From Candidatus Poribacteria bacterium (GTDB lineage: Bacteria; Poribacteria; WGA-4E; WGA-3G), in contig OZ243938.1 in assembly GCA_965214095.1 (NCBI GenBank), forward strand, positions 1,824,001 to 1,888,000: DNA of 64,000 nucleotides. The letters are read 5' to 3'. Below the pieces are notes generated by a model, which was given only the letters and a program-made list of their open reading frames with translations, had not been told where the DNA came from and did not search any database. A program made the translations under genes and the position numbers. Positions 21,109-32,462 of this stretch are shown here, in pieces (within the stretch, counting starts at the first letter, position 1; each line of letters starts with the position of its first letter).

Positions 21109-21948
21109 GTGGAAGCCAACTTACCGAAAGTCTCATTTTGCAATCACCCAATCAGCAAGTTGTTGATTGGTGATAATCCAATTTACGGTTATTCTCATTT
21201 TAATAAACTTCTTTCGCAACATCAACAGCAGTTCCATACACCAGAACAGGTTGTTGCTACGCTTAAGCGTGCCGAGGAAGTTGGGATCAATGGGTGGCAG
21301 AATAGCGTTACAGAACGTTCAATGTCCGACCTACAGCGTTACCGCGATGCGGGTGGCACGATGCATTGGTTCTGTCTAAGTTGGAGTTTTGTGTGGTATG
21401 AAAACCCTAACCAAGTATTTGAAGATGCAAAGCACAATCCAATCGGTATGGCACCACATGGAGGTGGTGTTGGCCAACGGTGTCTGCGGGAAAACAAACT
21501 TGGTCATTTGCAGGATATCCTGAAACGGATTCGCGACACCGGCAATCTGGTCGGTTTATCGGTGCATGACCCGAAACTGGTGCATATCGCTGAAGACGAA
21601 GACTGGGATATAGACTATTACATGACAGCACTCTATAACCTACAGGGTGGTACACAGAAGTTCACAGAAAAGTTTGGATACGCACCCTTAGGTGAAATCT
21701 ATGCCCGCGAAGACCGTGATGAGATGAGTAAAGCGATTCAACGCACTGAAAAACCATGCATCATCTTCAAAGTACTCGCAGCAGGTCGGACAATTGGAAG
21801 TCCACAACAAATTCGTGAGGAGATAAAATACGTTTTAGAGAACTCCAAGTCGAATGATGTGCTATTACTCGGTATGTATCAACAATTCGGTGACCAAATT
21901 GGAGAAAATGCTGCGTTGATCGCTGAACTTTGCGCGGAAGCAGGATAA
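21109..21948 (+). CDS. Hypothetical protein, probably an aldo/keto-reductase-like TIM barrel
   Basis: ISKLLIGDNP, GLSVHDP and KPCIIFKVLAAGR motifs; GGAGG RBS. Confidence 0.6.
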   Translation: MEANLPKVSFCNHPISKLLIGDNPIYGYSHFNKLLSQHQQQFHTPEQVVATLKRAEEVGINGWQNSVTERSMSDLQRYRDAGGTMHWFCLSWSFVWYENPNQVFEDAKHNPIGMAPHGGGVGQRCLRENKLGHLQDILKRIRDTGNLVGLSVHDPKLVHIAEDEDWDIDYYMTALYNLQGGTQKFTEKFGYAPLGEIYAREDRDEMSKAIQRTEKPCIIFKVLAAGRTIGSPQQIREEIKYVLENSKSNDVLLLGMYQQFGDQIGENAALIAELCAEAG

Positions 21949-21988
21949 ATCGCGCTTACAAAACATTCCCTCAAGAGAGGATAAATTT

Positions 21989-22879
21989 ATGACAGACCAT
22001 ATCGGTATCAGATTTAACAAAGACCTTGGCAAGCCTCTGTCAACTGCAGCATCTGATTTAACGCAAACAAATTCTGATGGGAAACCTGTTGTGCCATTGA
22101 CACAGGAACAGAAATATCTATTTGATAAGAATGGATGGCTCTTAATGCCGGGAGTGCTAACAGAATCTGAGATTAAGGAGATGCGTGACTTCTGTTACCA
22201 ATTGAAGCACGAACCTGCAACAATACCGAAGCATCAACGTTCAACTTATGGAGGTCCTTTGGAAGCACTTACAGATCATCCTGTTGTTATCGCATTTGCT
22301 AATGAATTTCTGGCATCCCCCTATTTAGCATCGGAGACATGCTACGGATTTCGCATGGAAACAAGTTTCTTGTTTTTGCGTTCTGCATCTGATGATCCAC
22401 CTCAAAAGTTCTCTCCACACAACGGTAACGGTATGTTTAGAATGCCAGGGGATTGTCATCAATACCAATGTTTACCCGGACAAGCATACAGTGGCTTGAC
22501 ACGCGTTGTTTGGGAACTGAATCCTGTCGGGAAAGAGGATGGCGGCACGATGTTTGTTACTGGTAGTCATAAGGCTGCATATACCGCGCCAGAGGTTTTA
22601 CGAACACATGAATGGGAATTTTGGGATACTTATTCTTGTCCAGCAGGATCTGTCATTATATTCACAGAAGCTATAACACACAGTGGACAACCGTGGCGAA
22701 ATCCAGACGTTGAAAGAGTTGCGATTTTCAACGGATACAACTCGGTCGACAAAAGGTGGAAACTTGCACAACCCCCTCAAGCATTGCTTGAAAAGATGCC
22801 ACCTAAACGCCAAACACTATTCCGAGATGCTTATGTAAGTGGAAACGTAACAGGAAGAGCGTTTAAAATGGCGTTGTAA
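21989..22879 (+). CDS. Phytanoyl-CoA dioxygenase (PhyH) family Fe(II)/2OG enzyme
   Basis: QKYLFDKNGWL, GGTMFVTGSHK and AGSVIIFTEAITHSG motifs. Confidence 0.9.
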   Translation: MTDHIGIRFNKDLGKPLSTAASDLTQTNSDGKPVVPLTQEQKYLFDKNGWLLMPGVLTESEIKEMRDFCYQLKHEPATIPKHQRSTYGGPLEALTDHPVVIAFANEFLASPYLASETCYGFRMETSFLFLRSASDDPPQKFSPHNGNGMFRMPGDCHQYQCLPGQAYSGLTRVVWELNPVGKEDGGTMFVTGSHKAAYTAPEVLRTHEWEFWDTYSCPAGSVIIFTEAITHSGQPWRNPDVERVAIFNGYNSVDKRWKLAQPPQALLEKMPPKRQTLFRDAYVSGNVTGRAFKMAL

Positions 22880-22940
22880 GTATCACATAATCGGCTTTAT
22901 AAGCGCGCTGCAAGAGAGCTAAATGATTTTAGGTATTAAT

Positions 22941-23074
22941 TACCATTTCTAAGCATAACATTTCCTATAAGAAATAGACGGTTCGTAGTCGCGCAATTCA
23001 TTGCGCCTCTTACACTCTTCACTTGAGCGTAAACCTACAAGTCTAATAATGAAATCTTGTTTTTAGAAACGGTA
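22941..23074. mobile_element. MITE-like element carrying a GTAG REP
   Basis: Inverted ends taccatttctaa / ttagaaacggta; internal gtagtcgcgcaattcattgcgc at 22985. Confidence 0.6.
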
Positions 23075-23121
23075 CAACATTAATCGTATTTGGAAACATA
23101 TCCACAAGAGAGGATGGATTT

Positions 23122-24015
23122 ATGGCAGATCATATCGGTATTAGATTTAACAAAGATTTTGGAAGACCTATATCAACAGATGCATCTGACCTTACTAATA
23201 CAAACGCTGATGGCAAACCTGTTATTCCATTGACGCAGGAACAGAAATATCTCTTTGATAAAAATGGATGGCTTTTAATTCCGGGAGTGCTGACGGACTC
23301 CGAGATAGAGGAGATGCGGGATTTCTGCTATCGGTTAAAAAGTTCGCCTGACACAATTAACCCACCAATCCACCGTAATACATACGGCGGTCCATTGGAA
23401 GCATTGACAGATCATCCTGTGGTTGTTGCATTTGCCAATGAATTTCTGGCAACGCCTTATTTAGCCTCAGATACATGCTATGGATTTCGTATGGAGATGA
23501 GTTTTATGGCGTTGCGTTCCACAACGGACGATCCTCCTTTTACCTTCGGTCCGCATAACGGCAACGGCATGCTTCGAATGCCAGGAGATTGCCATCAATA
23601 CCAATGTTTACCCGGTCAGGCATATAGTGGATTGACGCGTGTTGTATGGGAACTAAACTCAGTTGGAAAAGAGGATGGAGGGACGATGTTCATTACCGGT
23701 AGTCACAAAGCTGCTTATACTGCTCCAGAAGTGGCGAAGACACAAGAATGGGGATTTTGGGATACTTACGACTGTCCTGCAGGTTCTGTCATCATCTTTA
23801 CAGAAGCAATTACGCATAGTGGACAACCGTGGAGAAATGCAGATACAGACCGCGTCGCGATTTTCAACGCATATAACTCAGTTGATAAACGTTGGTCCCT
23901 TTCACAACCACCACAAGCACTGCTTGAAACGATGCCACCTAAACGACAAACACTTTTCCGAGATGCCTATGTGAAAGGAAACGTAACAGGAACAGCATTT
24001 AATATGTCATTGTAA
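23122..24015 (+). CDS. PhyH family Fe(II)/2OG enzyme, close tandem paralog of 21989..22879
   Basis: Colinear and highly similar to the upstream gene. Confidence 0.9.
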   Translation: MADHIGIRFNKDFGRPISTDASDLTNTNADGKPVIPLTQEQKYLFDKNGWLLIPGVLTDSEIEEMRDFCYRLKSSPDTINPPIHRNTYGGPLEALTDHPVVVAFANEFLATPYLASDTCYGFRMEMSFMALRSTTDDPPFTFGPHNGNGMLRMPGDCHQYQCLPGQAYSGLTRVVWELNSVGKEDGGTMFITGSHKAAYTAPEVAKTQEWGFWDTYDCPAGSVIIFTEAITHSGQPWRNADTDRVAIFNAYNSVDKRWSLSQPPQALLETMPPKRQTLFRDAYVKGNVTGTAFNMSL

Positions 24016-24045
24016 ATCTCAATGTGTACTTAAGTTGCCACGTAT

Positions 24046-24067
24046 GTAGCCGCGCAATTCACTGCGC
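24046..24067 (+). repeat. GTAG REP hairpin (GCGCAAT family)
   Basis: gtagccgcgcaattcactgcgc; siblings at 22985 and 26657. Confidence 0.7.
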
Positions 24068-24097
24068 CTCTTTATGAAACACCTGCGATAAGGAACT

Positions 24098-24928
24098 GTG
24101 ATTATGACACCAAAACAACGTTATCTATTTGATATAACAGGCTACCTTCACCTGAAAAACGTCATCACTGGAGATGCATTAGCAGAAGCATCCGATGCAG
24201 TTGATAGATACATCACCACACCACCGGATGAATTACCACCGGGATTTGAACAGCGCGGACTGCATCAACACGGGTTCGCTTTTGACAAATCGCTTGAATG
24301 TTTGACGATGCATCCTGCATTATGGTCTATCATCAAAGAGTTGACAGACAATCAACCACGATTTGGCAGAGGTTCACTCAAACACGACAAGCATGATCTT
24401 TGGAAAGCAGGAGAAAACGCACATATCAATCCGGGTGGATTGCATTGCGCGCGTGATGACTATGGTTGGTATAGCACTCGTTATGAAGCGACAAACGGAC
24501 GTATCTACTGCGATAACTTTGTCTGTTTTCCTTATTTCACGGATGTCTTTCCAGGTGATGGTGGTCTCATCGTGATTCCCGGTTCACACAAGAGTGAGTT
24601 TGATCGTCCGAAGCAGCTGCTAACTCTTGACGAAGCGGATGGTATTGATCCGATTGATGATCCTGTGTTTGTGAACATCACACCGAAGGCGGGGGATATT
24701 GTGATTATTTCGGAGTTGTTAACCCATGGGGTGTTGCGATGGAAACCGAAGGATCGGGATAGAAGGTTTCTGGTAATGCGGTATTTCCCACAATATTCTG
24801 GTAAGCATAACTTACCGCAACCTATATTAGATCGGTTATCCCCTGAGACCTTAGAATTGATAGCATCCGAACCCTATGGACATATTAAAGAGATTGTGAA
24901 GCAAGACGAAGTTACGCTGACTGTGTAG
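24098..24928 (+). CDS. PhyH family Fe(II)/2OG enzyme
   Basis: RYLFDITGYL, DGGLIVIPGSHK and AGDIVIISELLTHG motifs. Confidence 0.9.
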   Translation: MIMTPKQRYLFDITGYLHLKNVITGDALAEASDAVDRYITTPPDELPPGFEQRGLHQHGFAFDKSLECLTMHPALWSIIKELTDNQPRFGRGSLKHDKHDLWKAGENAHINPGGLHCARDDYGWYSTRYEATNGRIYCDNFVCFPYFTDVFPGDGGLIVIPGSHKSEFDRPKQLLTLDEADGIDPIDDPVFVNITPKAGDIVIISELLTHGVLRWKPKDRDRRFLVMRYFPQYSGKHNLPQPILDRLSPETLELIASEPYGHIKEIVKQDEVTLTV

Positions 24929-25106
24929 ATGTTCTAACAAACACAAATCTATTTACACCTAATGACACATAACAGCATTCTAAAGCAAATATAACGCTTA
25001 AGAGGAGAAACGAGAGATGAAGAAAAAACAGATTGTCTGCCAAGATCCAGACCTGAGTTTGATGCCTTTATCACAATGGATAAGGGATTTTTGTATCAGC
25101 CAAAAT

Positions 25107-25673
25107 CTATTCAAAAAGTTCTGCCACTGGACATGAAAACCCTGGTACGACATCCTCACCTGTTAAAGTATCTTCATAGTTTAGCAGCGTAAAGTCTGTT
25201 TCAGAACGATAGACCATAACCGTTTTCATAATCGGTTCAATAACCCAAACAAGCTGTGTCCCCGCCTTCAGATAGGCTAACGCCTTTTCGGTAACATCAT
25301 AATGCTTATCTGTCGGAGAAACTATTTCAACAGCGAGGTCAGGGGCATCAGCAAAACCTTTTAATTTATCTTCCGACAACCGTTCTGTTGATACAAACGC
25401 AATATCCGGTTTTACCACCCGATCACCTAATTGGAATGTCGTTTCCGCAATATATAAACGTCCTAATTTATTTTCGCGAACGTGTGATGTTAAAAGAAAA
25501 TGGACGTTAGATCCTATTTCACCATGGACAATTGCTGCAGCTGCCATTGGCACTAATTCCCCTTTTACATACTCATAACCCTCTAAATCGTTTTCAAGAA
25601 ATTCCGCCATCGTCATCGTACTGTGAGGTAGCATTTCTTGCACAGATTCAGGGCTCGCTTGCGAATTGGACAT
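25107..25673 (-). CDS. Uma2-family (DUF820) PD-(D/E)xK nuclease
   Basis: YEYVKGELV, KPDIAFV, APDLAVEIVSP and WVIEP motifs. Confidence 0.92.
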   Translation of the reverse strand: MSNSQASPESVQEMLPHSTMTMAEFLENDLEGYEYVKGELVPMAAAAIVHGEIGSNVHFLLTSHVRENKLGRLYIAETTFQLGDRVVKPDIAFVSTERLSEDKLKGFADAPDLAVEIVSPTDKHYDVTEKALAYLKAGTQLVWVIEPIMKTVMVYRSETDFTLLNYEDTLTGEDVVPGFSCPVAELFE

Positions 25674-26107
25674 CAGATTCCTCCTATGTTATACCATTTC
25701 CAAAGAGGTATATATTTATCAGGAATAAGATAATCTACGTCTATCTCTGTATCAATATTCGTTCCCCAAACTTTGAAGAACTCCGCTTCTTGTTCTCCGA
25801 TTTGCAGGTGTAATTGTCGTTCGTAGTTGTACCATACTGCGGTCACATTTCCATCTCCATCGCTGGAGATAGATGGAATATCGCACCGATATCCTACGGA
25901 AGTGACAGAATCTAACAATGCGTTCATAATTACTTTCGCGTGTATCAATGTTAATTCAGTTGGTTTCTGTGAGCCGCTTCCATCCCAGTTATCTTCACGT
26001 TGTGATAGGACATCAAATTGCTTTGAGATTTCAAGTTTTTGCTTTTCGACTTGGGACTTCAGAACACTGTGTTTACTTTCAACAGGCTCATAATTCTCAA
26101 AGTTCAT
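25673..26107 (-). CDS. Hypothetical protein coupled to the Uma2 gene
   Basis: 144 aa; its stop overlaps the Uma2 start; NWDG...P motif. Confidence 0.65.
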   Translation of the reverse strand: MNFENYEPVESKHSVLKSQVEKQKLEISKQFDVLSQREDNWDGSGSQKPTELTLIHAKVIMNALLDSVTSVGYRCDIPSISSDGDGNVTAVWYNYERQLHLQIGEQEAEFFKVWGTNIDTEIDVDYLIPDKYIPLWKWYNIGGI

Positions 26108-26221
26108 ATTGTATACACCATTCTTGTAGACTATTTTAACATGTCACGGATAAAATAGCAAAAAAATGCTTAAAGATGTATATATAATTCTAATGAGAAA
26201 ATAGATAGAGGGGAATGATGC

Positions 26222-26629
26222 TTACAAATTACCCGCAACCTTAATCCGATTCTGTGCACGGGCAAGGGCAGCCTCTGCACGCGGGCGATTCAAATCAGGG
26301 TCATCTGCAGCAAGTTGCTCTTTAGCACGTTCCAACGCAGTTTCAGCGCGGGACACATCAATATCCGATTGCCATTCCGCTGTTTCAACTAATACAGTGA
26401 CACCCGTGCGGAGCACTTCAAATACCCCACCACTTGTCGCCATTGACAAAGGTGTATCCGATTCAAGGATACGAATTTCACCTACATCTAATGCTGTGAG
26501 GAAAGGGATGTGTCCATATAGAATCTGGAAGTTGCCTTCGATTCCCGGGGCGTAAACGCTGGTCACATCACCTTCGTAAATCATTTTTTCTGGTGAACGT
26601 ATTTCAAGGTAAAAACTTCTGTTTTGCAT
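26222..26629 (-). CDS. atpC: ATP synthase F1 epsilon subunit
   Basis: LEIRSPE, GHIPFLTAL and DIDVSRAE motifs; start refined to MQNRSF. Confidence 0.95.
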   Translation of the reverse strand: MQNRSFYLEIRSPEKMIYEGDVTSVYAPGIEGNFQILYGHIPFLTALDVGEIRILESDTPLSMATSGGVFEVLRTGVTVLVETAEWQSDIDVSRAETALERAKEQLAADDPDLNRPRAEAALARAQNRIKVAGNL

Positions 26630-26656
26630 ATCTATGTTGTTCCAGGAATGTAAGAG

Positions 26657-26678
26657 GCGCAATAAATTGCGCGACTAC
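26657..26678 (-). repeat. GTAG REP hairpin between atpD and atpC
   Basis: Reverse complement reads gtagtcgcgcaatttattgcgc. Confidence 0.7.
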
Positions 26679-26681
26679 AAC

Positions 26682-28112
<1,431 letters not shown>

Positions 28113-28116
28113 TTAC

Positions 28117-28136
28117 GGCACGTGTTGCATGCCTAC
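28117..28136 (-). repeat. GTAG REP hairpin between atpG and atpD
   Basis: Reverse complement reads gtaggcatgcaacacgtgcc. Confidence 0.55.
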
Positions 28137-28140
28137 TTCT

Positions 28141-29019
28141 TTAACCTTCCTGAGCGGCTGCGCCACTGACTATTTCCGATATCTCTGTTGTGATTTGTGT
28201 TTGACGTGCTCTATTGCGTTGTAGTACCAATTCGTCAATGAGTTCCTTCGCCTTTTCAGTAGCATTTTGCATCGCTGCCATGCGTGCTGCTTGTTCTGCT
28301 GCGTTTGAGTCTAAAAGCACTTTCCACATTTGCATGTTCAAATGTTTACCGAGTAGCATTTCAAAGAGTTCCACCTGTCCCGGTTCATAGATATAGTCTA
28401 AGAAAAGCGTATCACCTTCGGGTTCTATCGGTTCCAATGGTAGAAGTTGTTCAACAAGCACAGTTTGGGTAATTGCAGATTTGAAGTTATTGTAGATTAC
28501 CTCAACCTTATCAATCGTTTTATCTGTATAAAGATGTTCAAACTCGTGGACGACATCAACAGCGATTTGGAATTCAAGTTGACGGAAGATATTGATATAC
28601 GAATCCGTAATGTCGTAACCTCGTCTATCAAAGTGTTCTTGTGTACGTCTACCGATACAGATGAGGGTCACGTCTGCGCCACTGTCTTCGTAGTGTTGAA
28701 TACGTTCTGTGGTTGTGCGTATGACGTTGCTATTGAAACTGCCACATAATCCGCGATCACCAGAAACAGATATGATACAGACATGCTCCACTTCACGTTC
28801 TTCAAGCAAGGGATGTGTCAACGCTTCCTCCTCAACGTCCATCTGTGAGATAAGATGACCGAGAATCGTATTGAGTTTTTCTGCATAAGGACGGGTTGCG
28901 GTGATATTCTCTTGGGCACGACGAAGCCGTGCTGCAGCGACAACGCGCATCGCATCTGTAACCTGTTCAATGTTCTTAACACTGGCGATCCGACGCCGAA
29001 TTTCCCGTAATGTAGGCAT
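28141..29019 (-). CDS. atpG: ATP synthase F1 gamma subunit
   Basis: DRGLCGSFN and NRARQTQITTEISEIVSGA motifs. Confidence 0.98.
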   Translation of the reverse strand: MPTLREIRRRIASVKNIEQVTDAMRVVAAARLRRAQENITATRPYAEKLNTILGHLISQMDVEEEALTHPLLEEREVEHVCIISVSGDRGLCGSFNSNVIRTTTERIQHYEDSGADVTLICIGRRTQEHFDRRGYDITDSYINIFRQLEFQIAVDVVHEFEHLYTDKTIDKVEVIYNNFKSAITQTVLVEQLLPLEPIEPEGDTLFLDYIYEPGQVELFEMLLGKHLNMQMWKVLLDSNAAEQAARMAAMQNATEKAKELIDELVLQRNRARQTQITTEISEIVSGAAAQEG

Positions 29020-29021
29020 GG

Positions 29022-30635
29022 TTATTCACCTTCTGTGGGTGTTTCCTCTGTTGCGGATTTCTCTGTTGCGGATTCCTCTGCTGACATGTCCTCAGTCTGT
29101 GGTTGTTCTGGTGGTGTATTACTCCAGTTCTCTTTGAATGCTTTCACAGCAGCGTGCATGGTCTCAAGCAATTCATCTCCTAACAAACCACTTTCTGCGA
29201 TTTCTGCAAGAAGTTCGGCATGATTTCTATCAAGGTATTGCAGGAATTCAGACTCAAATCGTGCAACCTCAGATTCAGGAACTTCATCTAAGTAGCCATT
29301 TGTACCACAGAAGATAGATGCAACTTCGCGTTCAACAGGCATCGGTTCGAATTGCGGTTGTTTTAGTAATTCCACAAGCCGAGTCCCGCGTGTCAAAAGC
29401 GATTGAGTTGACGCATCAAGGTCTGATCCGAATTGTGCAAACGCAGCGACTTCACGGAAACTTGCGAGATCCAGTTTCAGTGTGCCAGCGACCTCGTCTG
29501 CTTTCATTGCTTTAACCTGTGCATCACCACCGACACGTGATACGGATGTACCGACATCAATTGCAGGTCTCACACCTTGGTTAAACAGATCCGTTGTGAG
29601 ATATATTTGTCCATCAGTAATAGAAATAACGTTTGTTGGAATATAGGTTGTCAAATCACCTTCAAAGATTTCAATAATAGGAAGTGCGGTTAGAGAACCA
29701 CCACCCAGTTCATCACTGAGTTTTGCTGCACGTTCTAACAGGCGTGAGTGCAGATAGAACACATCACCAGGATATGCTTCACGACCAGGAGGTCTACGTG
29801 AAAGCAGTGACATCTGTCGATATGCCCATGCGTGTTTTGTTAAGTCATCGTAGATGATAAGCGCGTGTTTGCCGTTATGACAGAAGTATTCCGCCATTGA
29901 TGTGCCTGAGTAAGGTGCAAGATATTGAAGCGGTGACGGCGCACTTGCGGGGGCAGAAACGATGGTTGTGTATTCCAATGCATTATGCTCGCGAAGTGTA
30001 TTTGCCACTTGTGCGAGGGTAGAACCTTTTTGACCGATAGCAACATAGATACAATACACATCTGTGTTCTTCTGACTCAAGATTGCATCTATTGCGATTG
30101 CAGTTTTTCCTGTTCGTCTGTCACCGATGATGAGTTCACGTTGTCCTCTGCCAATTGGTGTCAAACTATCAATAGCCTTCAAACCTGTGTAAAGCGGTTC
30201 ACTGACGGGTTGCCGTTGAACGATACCTAACCCTTTCTGTTCCACGGGGAGTCTGTGTTCTGTGTGAATGTCTCCCAAGCCGTCAATGGGTTTTCCAAGG
30301 GCATCAACGATCCGTCCGAGGAGTGCCTCACCAACAGGAACTTCCGGCAGCCTCTTTGTGCGTTTAACCGTATCACCTTCGTGAATAAGTTGGTCTTCAC
30401 CGAACAGCACACAACCAACATTGTCTTCTTCAAGGTTAAAAGCGATGCCGTAGACATCGTTCGGGAATTCAATCATTTCACTCGCCATTGCATTAGCAAG
30501 TCCATGCACCCGCGCGATCCCATCGCCCACCTCCAGTACAGTACCAGATTCGTAGACATCTACGTCCTGCTCAAACTGTACCAGCTGCTGTTTTAATATA
30601 TTCGATATTTCGTCCGGTCGGACTTCTCTTGCCAT
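29022..30635 (-). CDS. atpA: ATP synthase F1 alpha subunit with an acidic C-terminal tail
   Basis: [17 protein letters not shown] and [21 protein letters not shown] motifs. Confidence 0.98.
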   Translation of the reverse strand: MAREVRPDEISNILKQQLVQFEQDVDVYESGTVLEVGDGIARVHGLANAMASEMIEFPNDVYGIAFNLEEDNVGCVLFGEDQLIHEGDTVKRTKRLPEVPVGEALLGRIVDALGKPIDGLGDIHTEHRLPVEQKGLGIVQRQPVSEPLYTGLKAIDSLTPIGRGQRELIIGDRRTGKTAIAIDAILSQKNTDVYCIYVAIGQKGSTLAQVANTLREHNALEYTTIVSAPASAPSPLQYLAPYSGTSMAEYFCHNGKHALIIYDDLTKHAWAYRQMSLLSRRPPGREAYPGDVFYLHSRLLERAAKLSDELGGGSLTALPIIEIFEGDLTTYIPTNVISITDGQIYLTTDLFNQGVRPAIDVGTSVSRVGGDAQVKAMKADEVAGTLKLDLASFREVAAFAQFGSDLDASTQSLLTRGTRLVELLKQPQFEPMPVEREVASIFCGTNGYLDEVPESEVARFESEFLQYLDRNHAELLAEIAESGLLGDELLETMHAAVKAFKENWSNTPPEQPQTEDMSAEESATEKSATEETPTEGE

Positions 30636-30751
30636 ATTTTCAATCCTCTATGGAGTCGCATGTGTCTATTTTCATAAGGGAAACCTGCATAATTCGTGAG
30701 AGTTACTTCTGCTGCATATCGTATAATCCATAACTTTACCGTGCAGCCGAT

Positions 30752-31291
30752 TTATCCTTTTGCGAGTTGCTCTTTCAAACGTTGGAGTTGTGTCGTGACG
30801 CTTGCATCAAAGACGGTGTCGCCTAACTGTACAACAAACCCACCTTTAAGCTGTTCGTTAGTTTCGGTTTCCAAACGAACCTGTTTTCCAGACAATGAAC
30901 TTAGTTGTTGGATAAAATGTTGTTCTTGGTCTTCCGTTATCGGCACTGCTGTTGTCACTTGTGCAACAACCCTACCCGCAGCCGCATCGGCAATAGCAGA
31001 AAAGGCATCCATGATAGCGACAAGGTGCCGTTCGCGCTGTTTTAATGCAAGAAGTTTAAAGAAATTAACCGTCAACGGAGACAGACTATCAGCAAACAGA
31101 TCCTGAAACGTGTCACTCTTAAATTGCGGTGAGAGCAGAGGTGTATCAATAAACTGTCTGAATTCCTCAGACTGTTCAATCAATTCTTGCAGCTGCTCTA
31201 TATCAGCAGTTATAGACGTTAAAGTATTCTGTTCTATAGCCGCTTCATATAGGGCGCGAGCATAAGGTTTTGCTACACGAGTGTCTCTCAT
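30752..31291 (-). CDS. atpH: ATP synthase delta subunit
   Basis: VAKPYARAL and GGFVVQLGDTVFDASV motifs. Confidence 0.95.
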   Translation of the reverse strand: MRDTRVAKPYARALYEAAIEQNTLTSITADIEQLQELIEQSEEFRQFIDTPLLSPQFKSDTFQDLFADSLSPLTVNFFKLLALKQRERHLVAIMDAFSAIADAAAGRVVAQVTTAVPITEDQEQHFIQQLSSLSGKQVRLETETNEQLKGGFVVQLGDTVFDASVTTQLQRLKEQLAKG

Positions 31292-31348
31292 TGTTCGTTT
31301 TCACCTACAATCAATTATTTTAATGTAAAAAGTAACGGTCTAAGAATG

Positions 31349-31930
31349 CTAATTCGCCGACAACCTACCAATGGAATCATCAATGATATTTTGATGCCTC
31401 TCTGGTGTGAGTTCGGCACTGATAATCTTTCCTGCGGCATCAATAGCCAGTTCAGCAACAACACCGCGCAATTCAGAGATAGCATCATCTTTTTCCCGTT
31501 GAATCTCTGCGCGTGCTCGTGTTATTTCATCTGAAGCCTCTTGACGCGCGTGCTCAACTATTTGCTGTCGTTCTGCATTACCTTGGTCAATTGCAGCTTG
31601 AATCTTGGCTTGTGACTCAGCTTCAATATCACCTAAACGTTGCCGCGTTTCAGCAGTGAGACGATCCAGTTCTTCACGATCAGTTTTCAGTTGGTCCAAC
31701 TGAGTCGTTATCTCAGTTCGACGTTCTTCTAATAGTCCACCGACTTTGCCGAAGACAAACTTCCAAAGAACCGCAAGCACTACCAGAAATCCAACGGCTT
31801 GCACCAAAATTGTCTGTGATTTGATCCCCAAGTCATCTAATAGTCCACCACCTGAAGGGACTTCTGCTGCAAAAACACTACTTATGCAGACACCCATTAG
31901 AATGAGACAACTTGCATATATTCTTTTCAT
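31349..31930 (-). CDS. atpF: ATP synthase Fo subunit b
   Basis: TM helix, LEERR and a coiled coil; position in the operon. Confidence 0.93.
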   Translation of the reverse strand: MKRIYASCLILMGVCISSVFAAEVPSGGGLLDDLGIKSQTILVQAVGFLVVLAVLWKFVFGKVGGLLEERRTEITTQLDQLKTDREELDRLTAETRQRLGDIEAESQAKIQAAIDQGNAERQQIVEHARQEASDEITRARAEIQREKDDAISELRGVVAELAIDAAGKIISAELTPERHQNIIDDSIGRLSAN

Positions 31931-32072
31931 AAACAGTCTCTACTTTGTCCAATTGCTACGCTAAATCAGATAATAATATTTATAGATTATTAGCGCGCAA
32001 TTTACTTATACACCCCAACGTGTTGGGACAGTTACAGATTTGATGCCCCAACCTGTTAGAGATGATGTGTTA

Positions 32073-32408
32073 TTATTGATCACCCGTATTAACACTTGCA
32101 TTGTCATCCGCGGGTGCTGGACGGGCAGCTTCTATTGCTTCTTGTACATCAATTGTGTCTGGATTTACGTCAACACCGGGAAGTTTTGGGAGTAAAAGAA
32201 AGAACATAAGCAACGCATAGATAACAAGTGATTCAATCAGAGCCAAACCGATAATCATCGCAGTTTGAATCTGACCTGCGGATTCCGGTTGACGTGCGAT
32301 ACCTTCAAGGGCAGTACTTGTTGCGGCACCTTGTGCCCTTGAGGCAAAAATAACTGCGATTGGCAAACCTAAAGTTACACCAAATGCTAATACTGCTAAG
32401 TAAATCAT
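32073..32408 (-). CDS. atpE: ATP synthase Fo subunit c with a C-terminal extension
   Basis: IARQPE loop and LIESLVIY; start refined to MIYLAV after an AAGGAGG RBS. Confidence 0.93.
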   Translation of the reverse strand: MIYLAVLAFGVTLGLPIAVIFASRAQGAATSTALEGIARQPESAGQIQTAMIIGLALIESLVIYALLMFFLLLPKLPGVDVNPDTIDVQEAIEAARPAPADDNASVNTGDQ

Positions 32409-32462
32409 GAAATGTCCTCCTTGGACAGAAATAGGCAAGTTAACTCTTGCCACATAGATATT

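Noticed and set aside
29043-29080. 15-bp tandem repeat at the 3' end of atpA ([10 protein letters not shown])
   Set aside because: A short in-frame slippage repeat in a low-complexity tail with no evidence of function.
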